A stretch of 64,000 bases of DNA from Bacteroidales bacterium (lineage in GTDB: Bacteria; Bacteroidota; Bacteroidia; Bacteroidales; Paludibacteraceae), in the NCBI GenBank assembly GCA_038222885.1, contig JBBRHJ010000001.1, positions 31,845 through 95,844 on the forward strand, in the 5' to 3' direction. Every line of letters starts with the position of its first letter. The first letter of the stretch is position 1. Positions 21,265 through 34,451 of this stretch are shown in pieces. A program made the position numbers and the translations under genes. The notes beneath the pieces are model-generated. The model was not told where the DNA came from. It saw nothing but the letters and a program-made list of their open reading frames with translations, and searched no databases.

Positions 21265-23175
21265 TTACCAACCTGGATTCTGGGTTAAACCATAATTTTT
21301 GTTGATTTCGTTTGATGGAAATGCTGACAAATACCATTTAGGATTAAAACTTGTCCACCATACCCTTGGTATAGAATTTCTTATTGATTCCTTTTCGTAT
21401 CTGAAACTTGTAGGATAAGCATATACTCCGCCAGTAACTGTTGCAGGTTCATTTTTTCCATCTGTTCTATATGTAAATAATCCATGCAATTCCTTTTTAA
21501 AATCATCAGCCAATTTATTACGAATCATATCGAAGAAACGAACATCTTCTAATCCTAATTCGCAGGCACGTTCACGCAACAATTCTTTCATCAAACCATC
21601 GGCCGAACCAACGTTATTTACCGGATTTGATGATTCAAGATTTTTCAATCCTACACGATTACGTACAGTATTAATTTGTTGTAATGCACCACCTAAATTA
21701 CCTGTTTTCAATAATGCTTCAGCATATATCAAATGCAATTCTGACATGCGAAGGTATGGCCAAACAATTATACGATTACGAACTTCACCAGTACCAGCAA
21801 TTTGTGCCTGAGGATGATTCATTACATAATCAAGTGTAAACTTATAGCAACCCATACCACTTGTGAAACGGTTTTGCCAAGCTATTAAATCTTGTCCACC
21901 TTCCCAAAGTTGAGCTTTACGACCCTGAAAATCTGTCATATTCATCAATATGGTTTCAAACATTCGAGGGTCACGTTCGGTAGCAATTTTATCTTTGTGA
22001 GCAGGATTATTAAAATCGAAAGTTGTTCCATCTTGCAATGGGAACATTTCCATAAACTCGAAAGTAGGAGCCACTGACCCTAACACTGCTGCTCCGAAGA
22101 AATAGTAATTATAAGCTGTTACATCGAATTTCAAGCGGAAACCCTTGGTATCTAAAATCATTTCAGGATTGTCCCAACCAGCACCAGGGGTATAATAGGC
22201 ATTACGGAAGGCCATACGATAATCCATAGAAGTAGTACCAGAAGCTTGAATTAAATGATAAGGATTACCATTCTTACTATTTTCGCTAAAGAAATCTTCA
22301 CAAGCTTTTAAGGTTCTGTCCCAAAGTTCTTTTTTATAACCACCAGTCCAAACTTGAAATTTCTGTACTGCTTCTTGTGGTGCTTCGGTAGTGTAAGGTA
22401 CGTCATCGTTAAATAACGGACTTGCAGCAAATAATAAAATTTTTGCTTTTAAACCCATCGCAACAGCACGTGTCATTCTACCATCCCAATTCTGAATTTC
22501 CGAACCTTCCAACCTCCAAGGTAACTCAGGAGTAGCTATTGCTTCATCGCATAAACCTGTCATAAAATCCAAAGTTTCTATAATTGTAGCCCGAGGAACA
22601 TCAGAGTCTTCGTTAACCGTAAATGCATGATTTATAATAGGCAAGCCGCCAAAGTGACGAAAAGTGTCAAAATATAGTGATGCAATTATTACTTTTGCTT
22701 CAGCTTTTAATCTGGCTTTTTCAGCAGCTTGCATATCGGGTACTTTGTCTACGCTCTCAATAAAAATCCAGCCTTTACGCACTCCTTGCCAAATATCTTC
22801 ACCCCTATAGTTGAATTTTGTACTATTGTTAGCATTTTCAAGACCCGCATTATAAGTTCCAGAATAATAGAAACGATTCACACCATCCCAACTTAAAGTA
22901 GATTGCCAACAATCTGACAAAGTTTCAAACATACCCATGTTCATCTTATTATCTACTGCATTCCAGCGTGTAGGCAGTCCAAAATATAGATGATAGTAAG
23001 TGTTCCAAAGAAATTTTCTTGCATATTCTGCTTTACCAAATACTGTATCTTTATTAATTACAGTAGAAGTAGGCATTTCAAGAAAATCATTTCCAAAAAG
23101 TATATCATCGACACACGAACTAAATGTAAGTGTGGCAATCAATAATACTATAAATATTTTTGCTATTTTTTTCAT
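21265..23175 (-). CDS. susD: SusD/RagB lipoprotein (first pair)
   Basis: Lipobox FSSC; RDPR, LRMSELHLIYAEA, RERACEL..EDVRFFD, QNPGW. Confidence 0.95.
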   Translation of the reverse strand: MKKIAKIFIVLLIATLTFSSCVDDILFGNDFLEMPTSTVINKDTVFGKAEYARKFLWNTYYHLYFGLPTRWNAVDNKMNMGMFETLSDCWQSTLSWDGVNRFYYSGTYNAGLENANNSTKFNYRGEDIWQGVRKGWIFIESVDKVPDMQAAEKARLKAEAKVIIASLYFDTFRHFGGLPIINHAFTVNEDSDVPRATIIETLDFMTGLCDEAIATPELPWRLEGSEIQNWDGRMTRAVAMGLKAKILLFAASPLFNDDVPYTTEAPQEAVQKFQVWTGGYKKELWDRTLKACEDFFSENSKNGNPYHLIQASGTTSMDYRMAFRNAYYTPGAGWDNPEMILDTKGFRLKFDVTAYNYYFFGAAVLGSVAPTFEFMEMFPLQDGTTFDFNNPAHKDKIATERDPRMFETILMNMTDFQGRKAQLWEGGQDLIAWQNRFTSGMGCYKFTLDYVMNHPQAQIAGTGEVRNRIIVWPYLRMSELHLIYAEALLKTGNLGGALQQINTVRNRVGLKNLESSNPVNNVGSADGLMKELLRERACELGLEDVRFFDMIRNKLADDFKKELHGLFTYRTDGKNEPATVTGGVYAYPTSFRYEKESIRNSIPRVWWTSFNPKWYLSAFPSNEINKNYGLTQNPGW

Positions 23176-23198
23176 GATTTTTTATGATTGTGGTTTAA

Positions 23199-26100
23199 TT
23201 AAAAATCGAATTTTACCCCTAAATTGTAAATCCTCATAACCGGATAGGTTGGTCGGGTGTTGGTGCGAGTTTCCGGATCAATGAACTTCATTTTGTCTAT
23301 GGTAAGCAAATTGTTTCCAGTAGCAAATAGTCTTAAATTATTTATTCCTGCTTTTTTGAGGGCAGCAGAATTAAATGTATAAGCTATTTCAATGTTTTTA
23401 AGTCTAACATAACTTGCATCTATCAACCATAAATCTGAGTTCAAATAATTATTGGCTGCATTTATAATTGTTGGACGAGGCAAAGTAGCAGTGGCAGCCG
23501 TTTCAGGTGTCCAGCGATTGTCGTATTGACTTTGAAGTAATGAAGCAAAATTCTGAGAACCAAGTGGTTGCCTATAACCTTCTTCCAACAATCTTGATGT
23601 ATTCATCGCACCTATCCATAACATACTGAATTCAAATTTCTTATATTCGACTCCTACAGTCATACTTGCTGTATATTGTGGATTATTAGTATAACCAATA
23701 GTAGTCTGGTCATTTGCATCTATCACTGCATCGCCGTTCAAGTCTTTATACACACAGTCGCCTGGTTTAAGTACAGCGGAATGCTTAGCTATATCTTGTC
23801 CAAATTCAGCTTTGTATTTGTCATTTGCATTTTCATCGTAGAAACCCCAGAAATCATATAATAAAGGTGTCCACACGGCTTTACCGGTCAGACGCATATA
23901 ATCATAAGGAGGTTTTACTTCGTCCATCTCAACTTCTATGTTTTTAGCATAAGATAGATTTACATTGGTCCAATACCGAAAATCTTTGTTTACTTTATCA
24001 TTCCACACAGCAGTAATTTCATAACCACTATTATCTTGAATACCCATATTAACGGTTGGTAAAGTCATTCCTAAAAATCCTGGAGGAGCTTTACGGGTAA
24101 TCAACATATCAGTACGATGTTCAAAAAAGTAATCAATATTAAATTTTAGTTTATCCTTTAAAAAATATACATCAATACCATAATTTTGTTTATAATCTTT
24201 ATCCCAAGTTAAATCCTGATTTCCTTTTGTACCTTCCGAAGCACCAGCAATAACTGTAGTAACATTGGTACCAAAAATATATCCTCTACTACCAATTGTA
24301 TACGGATCAGGTAAATACATGAATCTGGATGAACCATTTTTATCGTTACCAACTAAACCATAGGAAGCCCTAAGTTTTAAATATGAAACAACTTTTTGAG
24401 TTTTCATAAACGGCTCTTGCGTAATAATCCAACCTGCAGAAGCTGCCGGGAAGAATCCATAACGACTTTTAATAGCAAAGTTCTCTGAGCCATTGTATCC
24501 CATATTGAAATCAATTAAGTACTTGGTTGCATAATCGTAAGTAATACGACCAACCAATCCTACGTATCCAGTGGCAATACCAGGAAATACTGTTGGATAA
24601 TAATTTTTCGATTGATTGAATAAAACTAAGGACGAAACATTATGTTGTCCAAATTTGCGGTTATAATTAAATGACACCTCTGAATACCAGTTTCTGTCGG
24701 CGCCATACGTTTCACCAAAACTTAATTCACCTTCATCGGCACTTTTTCTGTACCCTATTGATCCATCAGAATTCTTAACAGGGGTATAGTATGGTGTTGT
24801 CATATTTCTGGTTTTAGTTGTTGAATATGAACTATTTAAAGACCCCTTTATATTGAAGATTAAGCCTTTAGTAATAATATCTAACTTCTGTTGAAAAGCG
24901 AAATCCAGGTTGATAACATTATTTACTGTAGATTTAAAACCTCTACCATACAACACATCTAAACCGTCGAGACCTCCTGCAGGCAGTGGCAAGTATTCGT
25001 AGCTTGTTAGGACTCTTTTGCCATCAATTATTCCAGCACCTGAGAATGGGGATGAACGATATAGAAAACGGAAAATTTCATCTTGTGAGTTCGATGAATT
25101 AGGAATGTTCGAGGATTCAACACGTCCACCAATATTCAACGAAAGTTTTGAAGTGTTCGTAAAGTTATAATCCAGGTTGGCACGATAATTATAACGTTTA
25201 TAATCAAAATTTGAATTATAATCAGTTTCAAAAGTTTTAAATATACCTTCTTGAGTAAACAATCCAGTAGAAATAAAGTATTTGAATTTTTCGGTACCTC
25301 CTGAAATATTTAAGTTATGTTGCGATTGAAGTGCAGTTTTGTTTGTTAACATGTCAATCCAGTCGACACTTGGATATAAAATAGGATTTGAGCCAGTTCT
25401 AAATGCCTCAAGTATTTCGTCGTTTACAAGACCAGTTGTTGTTGTTGGGTTATCACTCAGTCTCATTTCGTTATTGAATTTGGCCCATGTATAACTGTTT
25501 GCAAATTTAGGCATACGGGTTGGTTGCTGTAAGCTGAAAGAAGTAGAAGCTGATATTCTTGCTTTACCTACTGTTCCACGTTTTGTGGTTACTAATATTA
25601 CACCATTTGCACCACGTATACCAAAAACAGCTGTAGCCGAAGCATCCTTCAATACAGTAATGTCTTCAACTTCGTTCGGGTCAATCTGAGAGAACGAACG
25701 TTCTACCCCATCGACCAATACAAGCGGATTACCAATACCACGTACTAAAATAAGGGCATCATCAGCGCCTGGTTGTCCAGAGTATTGTACAGTACTCACC
25801 CCCGGTAGTTTACCTGTAAGTGCATTAGTCATAGAGCCCACAGGTGATTTTAATATATCACTTGATTGCACCGATGAAATTGCACCTGTAATTGTTACTT
25901 TCTTTTGCGATCCATAGGCAATTACCTGAACTTCATCTAATTGTGTTAGATTCTCTTCTAATACAATTTTTATTGAATTGGTATTTTGAACCTCGATTTG
26001 TTTTTCTTTGTACCCCATATAAGTTACAATTAAAGTAACTTTTCCTTTTGGGATATTCAGTGAAAAATTGCCATCGAAATCAGTAATAGTTCCAGAAGTT

Positions 26101-26285
26101 TTCACTTCTTTTACAACTATTGCTGCCCCGATTATAGGCTCACCGTTTGGATCCTTAACTGAGCCTTTTAATATCGAATTTGTTTGCTGAGCAAACATCT
26201 GCGATGAAAAAAGCAAAAAACACATGATAATGTGACTTGCGTACCATTTTTGCATCTTGCGATTAAAACAAAGTTTTAAATTCAT
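23199..26285 (-). CDS. susC: SusC/RagA TonB-dependent transporter (first pair)
   Basis: CarboxypepD_reg-like N-terminus, LDEVQVIAYG, VLKDASATAVFGIRGANGVILVTTKRG, YNGSENF, terminal F. Confidence 0.96.
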   Translation of the reverse strand: MNLKLCFNRKMQKWYASHIIMCFLLFSSQMFAQQTNSILKGSVKDPNGEPIIGAAIVVKEVKTSGTITDFDGNFSLNIPKGKVTLIVTYMGYKEKQIEVQNTNSIKIVLEENLTQLDEVQVIAYGSQKKVTITGAISSVQSSDILKSPVGSMTNALTGKLPGVSTVQYSGQPGADDALILVRGIGNPLVLVDGVERSFSQIDPNEVEDITVLKDASATAVFGIRGANGVILVTTKRGTVGKARISASTSFSLQQPTRMPKFANSYTWAKFNNEMRLSDNPTTTTGLVNDEILEAFRTGSNPILYPSVDWIDMLTNKTALQSQHNLNISGGTEKFKYFISTGLFTQEGIFKTFETDYNSNFDYKRYNYRANLDYNFTNTSKLSLNIGGRVESSNIPNSSNSQDEIFRFLYRSSPFSGAGIIDGKRVLTSYEYLPLPAGGLDGLDVLYGRGFKSTVNNVINLDFAFQQKLDIITKGLIFNIKGSLNSSYSTTKTRNMTTPYYTPVKNSDGSIGYRKSADEGELSFGETYGADRNWYSEVSFNYNRKFGQHNVSSLVLFNQSKNYYPTVFPGIATGYVGLVGRITYDYATKYLIDFNMGYNGSENFAIKSRYGFFPAASAGWIITQEPFMKTQKVVSYLKLRASYGLVGNDKNGSSRFMYLPDPYTIGSRGYIFGTNVTTVIAGASEGTKGNQDLTWDKDYKQNYGIDVYFLKDKLKFNIDYFFEHRTDMLITRKAPPGFLGMTLPTVNMGIQDNSGYEITAVWNDKVNKDFRYWTNVNLSYAKNIEVEMDEVKPPYDYMRLTGKAVWTPLLYDFWGFYDENANDKYKAEFGQDIAKHSAVLKPGDCVYKDLNGDAVIDANDQTTIGYTNNPQYTASMTVGVEYKKFEFSMLWIGAMNTSRLLEEGYRQPLGSQNFASLLQSQYDNRWTPETAATATLPRPTIINAANNYLNSDLWLIDASYVRLKNIEIAYTFNSAALKKAGINNLRLFATGNNLLTIDKMKFIDPETRTNTRPTYPVMRIYNLGVKFDF

Positions 26286-26357
26286 GATCTTTATATTTAA
26301 ATTATAGATTGATTAAGTATTCTCAATAGAAATGTAATAATAACTTCAAGTCTCTTA

Positions 26358-26399
26358 CTATGGAAATGAGTTATGATTGGGAGGAGTTTGATTTTTCAT
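26358..26399 (-). other. Candidate uORF/leader (MKNQTPPNHNSFP) in the susC1 5' leader
   Basis: ATG at 26399, TAG at 26358-26360, 72 nt upstream of susC1. Confidence 0.3.
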
Positions 26400-26745
26400 G
26401 ATGTATTATATTTTAGTATGTAGATTGTATGAGAACTCAGTTAAAATAAAAGTTTGAATTATGTCTAAAACTACAATTATTTTCAAGAAAATTTTGATCT
26501 GAATTAAGGATAACATATCAGGTTTTGTATGTATTAATTGTTAATTATGAGATAATAAAACAATTCATTTTAAAAATAGATTTAACACATCGTAGTATTT
26601 TATTCTAAATTCAAAAAAAAATTTTTTGTAGCAAAAAAAATGGATTATACTCAAAAAAAGAGCTCAATTAACATAAAACAAAAAACTGAATAAGACTTTA
26701 ATTACAAAATGTCAAAAAGACTTACTATGGCATTATTTGCAGGTA

Positions 26746-26812
26746 CAAAAATATATTTAATATTTAATAACATCAATGTACAAAATCACTTATTGCATGG
26801 ATAATATTCTTA
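26746..26812 (-). promoter_or_regulatory. susC1 promoter: -7 box TATTTTTG plus 21-bp-spaced direct-repeat operator
   Basis: Coding strand AATATTATCCAT-N9-ATTTTGTACAT, then 22 nt, then the -7 box; same geometry at three other promoters. Confidence 0.7.
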
Positions 26813-27171
26813 TTCTTTGAATAATTTCACAAAGCTATACTAAATACCCTAACCTTGACAAGTCTGAACCAATGGAGTATTCGACATCCCGATCAAGAGG
26901 GAGACCAAGATGGTAGACAAAAGAAAGCTACAAAAAAGAAATTGAGAATAATTTTCTTTTGAAATTAATAAAGACATTTTTGAATTAAAATTTTCATATT
27001 AAATTGATTGTGTTTTAATTATAACTATTAAAGCACTTCAAAAATAATTTTTATTGTGTAAAAAAGGACATCAATTTGAGAGTTCAGATACTAAATTCAT
27101 GATATTTAAAACCTATTTTTCAAATGAATTTCATTCTTCGAATAGGTTGTTTTGTTAAAAAAGATAAATAG

Positions 27172-27202
27172 ACAGGATGTTTGATGTTATCAAACATCCT
27201 GT
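27172..27202 (-). terminator. Intrinsic terminator of GH2 27290-30409
   Basis: Perfect 14-bp stem ACAGGATGTTTGAT-gtt-ATCAAACATCCTGT, followed on the minus strand by CTATTTATCTTTTTT. Confidence 0.8.
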
Positions 27203-27289
27203 TTGGACTTAAAAAACTAATACATAACGAAAATACTAAACACTATTTTTCCATTTATAAAAAGTTTCAAGACATTTGGTTTTAAATAA

Positions 27290-30415
<3,126 letters not shown>

Positions 30416-30606
30416 TTAGATTTTTTCTTGTTAAATGTATTGTGATTAAATACTTACTAAATAATGATAATTACAAAAATTAATTTTATCAACACTTTGA
30501 AGGGGTTGGAAACTAACTTTTGATAGATTTGTACAAATTACAACAAAAATATTTGAATATGATATAGTTTTTCAAATAATAAGTGATTCGATTTCAATTC
30601 TCAAAC

Positions 30607-32508
30607 TTAATAATTTTCAGCTTTCTCATAGGGCGAAAGTAAACCCTGACTAACTAAAAAATCTTTACAAGCCGCTAAAACATTGTAAGTGTTTTTCTTG
30701 TTTTCATTTACCGCTTTTATTGTATCAATAAATGATTCTTTATTGTTGATGTAAAGTAAGAAGTTTATTGACAATAATGCAATGTCTTGATTTTCAGCAG
30801 CACAAAACTCTTTCAGCCTTTCCTGAGCAGTTTTATCACTATATATATCAAATGCAATAGCCGAAGCTGTTACAGCAACAGGAGGATAAGGATCATTTAC
30901 AGCCTTTTTAATTACTTTTGAATAACATTTTAAGTCTATTGCACTTTGACTTCTTAAACCTATGGCAGCCCAATATCTTACAATCTTATTTGGACTTTTT
31001 AATAGTTTAATTTGCTTTTTTACAATATCCTTTCCCCTATACCCCGAAAGGATAGCTGCATCATACACCTTAGTAATCGGATAATTAGCTTCATTTAATC
31101 TAAACTCATAAGCTGTAGTTGATTTGGATATTAATGCCATTTCATATTCGGGAAGTAACATTACATCACACGATTGAAGTATTTCTTCTTTTAACTGTGC
31201 ACGCATTTTCTTTATAAGTGCTTTGTATTCGAAGTTGGCAGCTAGATTGTTACTTTCCCAAGTATCATTCTCAATATCAAAGAGAAATTCTGCAGGTCGA
31301 TCATTAAATATGCTTCGTTGTAAGGTATTTAATTTATTTTCAGCCAAATCTTTCCGCATCAATTGTTTTATTTCACCTGCTTCCACGTAGCGAATAAATC
31401 GTACTTCGGGCATAAACGGCATAAAATTACGAGAGTACATATACTTCCCATTTGTAACACTGCGAACTAAATCTATTCCATTATCAGCTCTGTCATTAGA
31501 TAAAACTAGATGATCCGTAGTTTTTGAACGTTTATCGCCTATCAATACTCGACCTTTTAAATAATTGGGGATAGCTCCTCCAACCATTGAGATTAAAGTT
31601 GGAGCAAGATCCTCAAAATCAATTAATTCATCGCTAACAATACCAGCTTTACCCCATGGCGATAAATGTTTATACATCTCAGGAAACCAAATTACGAAAG
31701 GAACCCGATAACCCAAATTAATTCCATTCGTTTTAGCTCGAGGCTCTCCCTCACCATGGTCAGCATAAAAGAAAATTATAGTGCTATCTTTTAAATTATC
31801 TTTTTCTAATCGTTTTATCACATCTCCAATCTGACTATCTGTCAATGTGATAGCATTATAAACCCGAGCAAATTGTTTCCGCATTGCTGGACTATCATTA
31901 TAAAAAGGAGGCATCACAAATTCATTATCTCCAGTTCTGTCAGACAAAGGAAGCTTGTTAAGAATATTTTCTTCGTACCAATCGTATGGGAAAGTCATGG
32001 TGCGAGACTGATGCGAATCCATGAAATTGAAAACAGCAAAAAACGGCTGTCCAGGTTTGCGGTTCCACCAACCAGCTTTATTCGAGCTTTCATTCCATGC
32101 TTCTTTGGTGAATTTTACAGCATTTGCTACATTATAATCCGTTTTATAATTGTTGGATGTATAATAACCTTCTTGTTGTAAATAATATGGAAATCCTTTT
32201 ATATAGTCGGGTATTGGATAATTACTTCTGTGATTTCCGGTGCCCATTTTATAGGTTTTTACACCAGTAATTATGCACGATCGACTGGGTGATGAAACGG
32301 TTCCGCATGAAAAAGCATTGCTAAAACGAACGCCATCACTGGCTAATTTATCTATGACAGGCGTTTTTGCATCTTTATTTCCATAGCAGCCTATAAATTG
32401 TGGCGAAGTATCCTCAATAGTTAACCATAATACATTTGGCTTTACCTGTGCAACGACAGAACAACCTAATGAAAATGAAAATAATAATACATTTTTCTTG
32501 TAATTCAC
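30607..32508 (-). CDS. S1 sulfatase, Ser-type, with C-terminal HEAT-like repeats
   Basis: PNVLWLTIED, SSPSRS, KTDYN, ADHGEG; C-terminal LLKSPNKIVRYWAAIGL. Confidence 0.88.
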   Translation of the reverse strand: MNYKKNVLLFSFSLGCSVVAQVKPNVLWLTIEDTSPQFIGCYGNKDAKTPVIDKLASDGVRFSNAFSCGTVSSPSRSCIITGVKTYKMGTGNHRSNYPIPDYIKGFPYYLQQEGYYTSNNYKTDYNVANAVKFTKEAWNESSNKAGWWNRKPGQPFFAVFNFMDSHQSRTMTFPYDWYEENILNKLPLSDRTGDNEFVMPPFYNDSPAMRKQFARVYNAITLTDSQIGDVIKRLEKDNLKDSTIIFFYADHGEGEPRAKTNGINLGYRVPFVIWFPEMYKHLSPWGKAGIVSDELIDFEDLAPTLISMVGGAIPNYLKGRVLIGDKRSKTTDHLVLSNDRADNGIDLVRSVTNGKYMYSRNFMPFMPEVRFIRYVEAGEIKQLMRKDLAENKLNTLQRSIFNDRPAEFLFDIENDTWESNNLAANFEYKALIKKMRAQLKEEILQSCDVMLLPEYEMALISKSTTAYEFRLNEANYPITKVYDAAILSGYRGKDIVKKQIKLLKSPNKIVRYWAAIGLRSQSAIDLKCYSKVIKKAVNDPYPPVAVTASAIAFDIYSDKTAQERLKEFCAAENQDIALLSINFLLYINNKESFIDTIKAVNENKKNTYNVLAACKDFLVSQGLLSPYEKAENY

Positions 32509-32530
32509 AGTTTTATATTTGAAGTTAGCG

Positions 32531-34114
32531 TCAATCTTTTGTTACTTTGCTCCCCCACCAATCTTTATTGGGTATAAAATTTGGCGAAAGCATATCCCTT
32601 CGTTCGTTCTCTAAGCGTGGCCAAAGTTTATTCTGAATATTCAATTTATATTTATTTTCAGCCTCTGCATTGTATTGTGGATCTTTAATTGGAATTTTTG
32701 CACCCACATTTTTAAGATATTCAAACAATTCAGCATGTAATTTCCCTACAATTTTGGGATTTTTAGCTGATAAATCAGTAGTTTCTGATAGGTCAGTTTT
32801 TAAATTATATAGTTCTTCGTGACCGTCTTCATAATAATAAATCAACTTCCAATCGCCTCTACGAATAATTGAACTTGGATCGCCACCTTGATTTCCATAA
32901 TGTGGATAATGCCATATTAAAGCACGTTCACAAAGCTTTTTCCCCTTTAATAAAGGTTTTAGACTTACACCGTCGTTATGCTGATCTGGTCGCAATGGAA
33001 GTCCAGCTAAGTCAAGAATGGTTGGATAAAAATCTGTACCCGATACTGGAACATTCGATTTTTTCCCTTTTAATTTCATCCAAGGTACTGAAATAAAATA
33101 AGGCTCACGGATTCCACCTTCCCATTGGTAGCCTTTTCCGCCACGAAGCGGTGCTAAATTTGTAGAGAAAGCATCACCAGAAGTTACTCCACCATTATCA
33201 CCAGTAAAAATTACAATTGTATTTTTATCTAAGCCTAACTTTTTTAGATTTTCCATCACTTCGCCTACTGCATCGTCCATCGATTCGACCAAACCAGCAT
33301 AAACAGGATTATCTTGATGTAATCGATAAGGTAGATTGCGTTCCATTGCAAAACCTTTTTCCGATATGCCCATTTTTTGAGCTTTATTGCGGTATTTTTC
33401 CCATTTTTCTTTTGTAGTCTGAATAGGGCCATGCACCGCATAAAAAGATAAGTAAGCCAGGAATGGTTTATCTTGGTTTTCTTTCATGAATTTTACTGTT
33501 TCCTTGGCAAGTCTCATTTCAAGATTTTCACCAGCAGGTCCATCAGTTAAATTTGGATTTTCATAAGGCGTAAAATAGCCACCTTTTGGACTTCCTGAAT
33601 CCCAGCCGCCAATATTAATGTCGAATCCGTGATCTTCTGGCCATGAACCTTTCTCGCCTAAATGCCATTTCCCAGCAAAGAAAGTTTTATATCCTGCCTG
33701 CTTTAATGCTTCTGGGAGTGTGATGTATTCCTTGGATAAATCATGTTCATATTCTGCTGGTAAAATTTTAGAATATCTACCTTGTTTGCGCCAAGCTTCA
33801 CCCGATTGTTCTCCTATCCAGTTTGTAATTCCGTGTCGTGCAGGAAATTTACCAGTCAGAATACTTGCACGCGAAGGACTACTCACCTGACATGCAGCAT
33901 AACCGTTGGTAAAAATCATTCCGTTATTGGCAATTCTATCAATATTGGGAGTTTCGTAGTATTTACTTCCCATACAACTCAGGTCGGTATAACCTAAATC
34001 ATCTGCAAGTATAAACAGAATATTGGGTCTTTTTTCCTGTGATTGCAGTGAGAATGATAATAAAGGCAAAATGCTCAATGGAGCTACCAGTGAAATTCGT
34101 TTAATTGCTTTCAT
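32531..34114 (-). CDS. S1 sulfatase, Ser-type
   Basis: PNILFILADDLG, SSPSRAS, AGKWHLG, GDNGG, WHYPHYGNQGG. Confidence 0.93.
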   Translation of the reverse strand: MKAIKRISLVAPLSILPLLSFSLQSQEKRPNILFILADDLGYTDLSCMGSKYYETPNIDRIANNGMIFTNGYAACQVSSPSRASILTGKFPARHGITNWIGEQSGEAWRKQGRYSKILPAEYEHDLSKEYITLPEALKQAGYKTFFAGKWHLGEKGSWPEDHGFDINIGGWDSGSPKGGYFTPYENPNLTDGPAGENLEMRLAKETVKFMKENQDKPFLAYLSFYAVHGPIQTTKEKWEKYRNKAQKMGISEKGFAMERNLPYRLHQDNPVYAGLVESMDDAVGEVMENLKKLGLDKNTIVIFTGDNGGVTSGDAFSTNLAPLRGGKGYQWEGGIREPYFISVPWMKLKGKKSNVPVSGTDFYPTILDLAGLPLRPDQHNDGVSLKPLLKGKKLCERALIWHYPHYGNQGGDPSSIIRRGDWKLIYYYEDGHEELYNLKTDLSETTDLSAKNPKIVGKLHAELFEYLKNVGAKIPIKDPQYNAEAENKYKLNIQNKLWPRLENERRDMLSPNFIPNKDWWGSKVTKD

Positions 34115-34165
34115 GTGCGACTATTTGAAAAGAGAATGATTGATATAGCTCAATTTTGTGTTACC

Positions 34166-34192
34166 GCCCCTTTCGCTCAAAGCAAAAGGGGC
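34166..34192. terminator. GC-rich hairpin downstream of the small-peptide gene
   Basis: GCCCCTTTCGCT-caa-AGCAAAAGGGGC; the U-tract on the minus strand is weak, so it may be a processing/stabilising stem. Confidence 0.55.
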
Positions 34193-34257
34193 AGTTTGTG
34201 TAATTCTTTTGATAAAACACTTTTGGCAGAGTTACTAACTACTAAATACAAAAGTAC

Positions 34258-34440
34258 TTAAGCTAAATGATATGGGTCATTATTGAAGTATTCAGGTCGA
34301 TTATTCAGTCCTTCACCAGGACCAATAGGCGGTTCCGATTGTAAAGCCAATGAAATTTCGTGATCAAGTGCAATACGGATAATCTGTGGTGGAAAATATT
34401 CGTTTCTTGCATATATGGGTTTATCTTGTATGTTTTTCAT
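34258..34440 (-). CDS. 60-aa small protein, coupled to the upstream T9SS protein
   Basis: Intergenic ORF with ATG 11 nt after the upstream stop; EYFPPQIIRIALDHEISLALQSEPPIGPGE; followed by a hairpin. Confidence 0.7.
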   Translation of the reverse strand: MKNIQDKPIYARNEYFPPQIIRIALDHEISLALQSEPPIGPGEGLNNRPEYFNNDPYHLA

Positions 34441-34451
34441 AATGTTTGTAT

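Noticed and set aside
26640-26652. Extra ATGGATTATA match to the operator half-site (also at 58109)
   Set aside because: No partner at 21 bp and no -7 box at the 30/51-nt spacing
34258-34440. Complete lasso-peptide/RiPP gene cluster
   Set aside because: No cyclase, peptidase, RRE or radical-SAM gene in the window; only the leader-like motif is present
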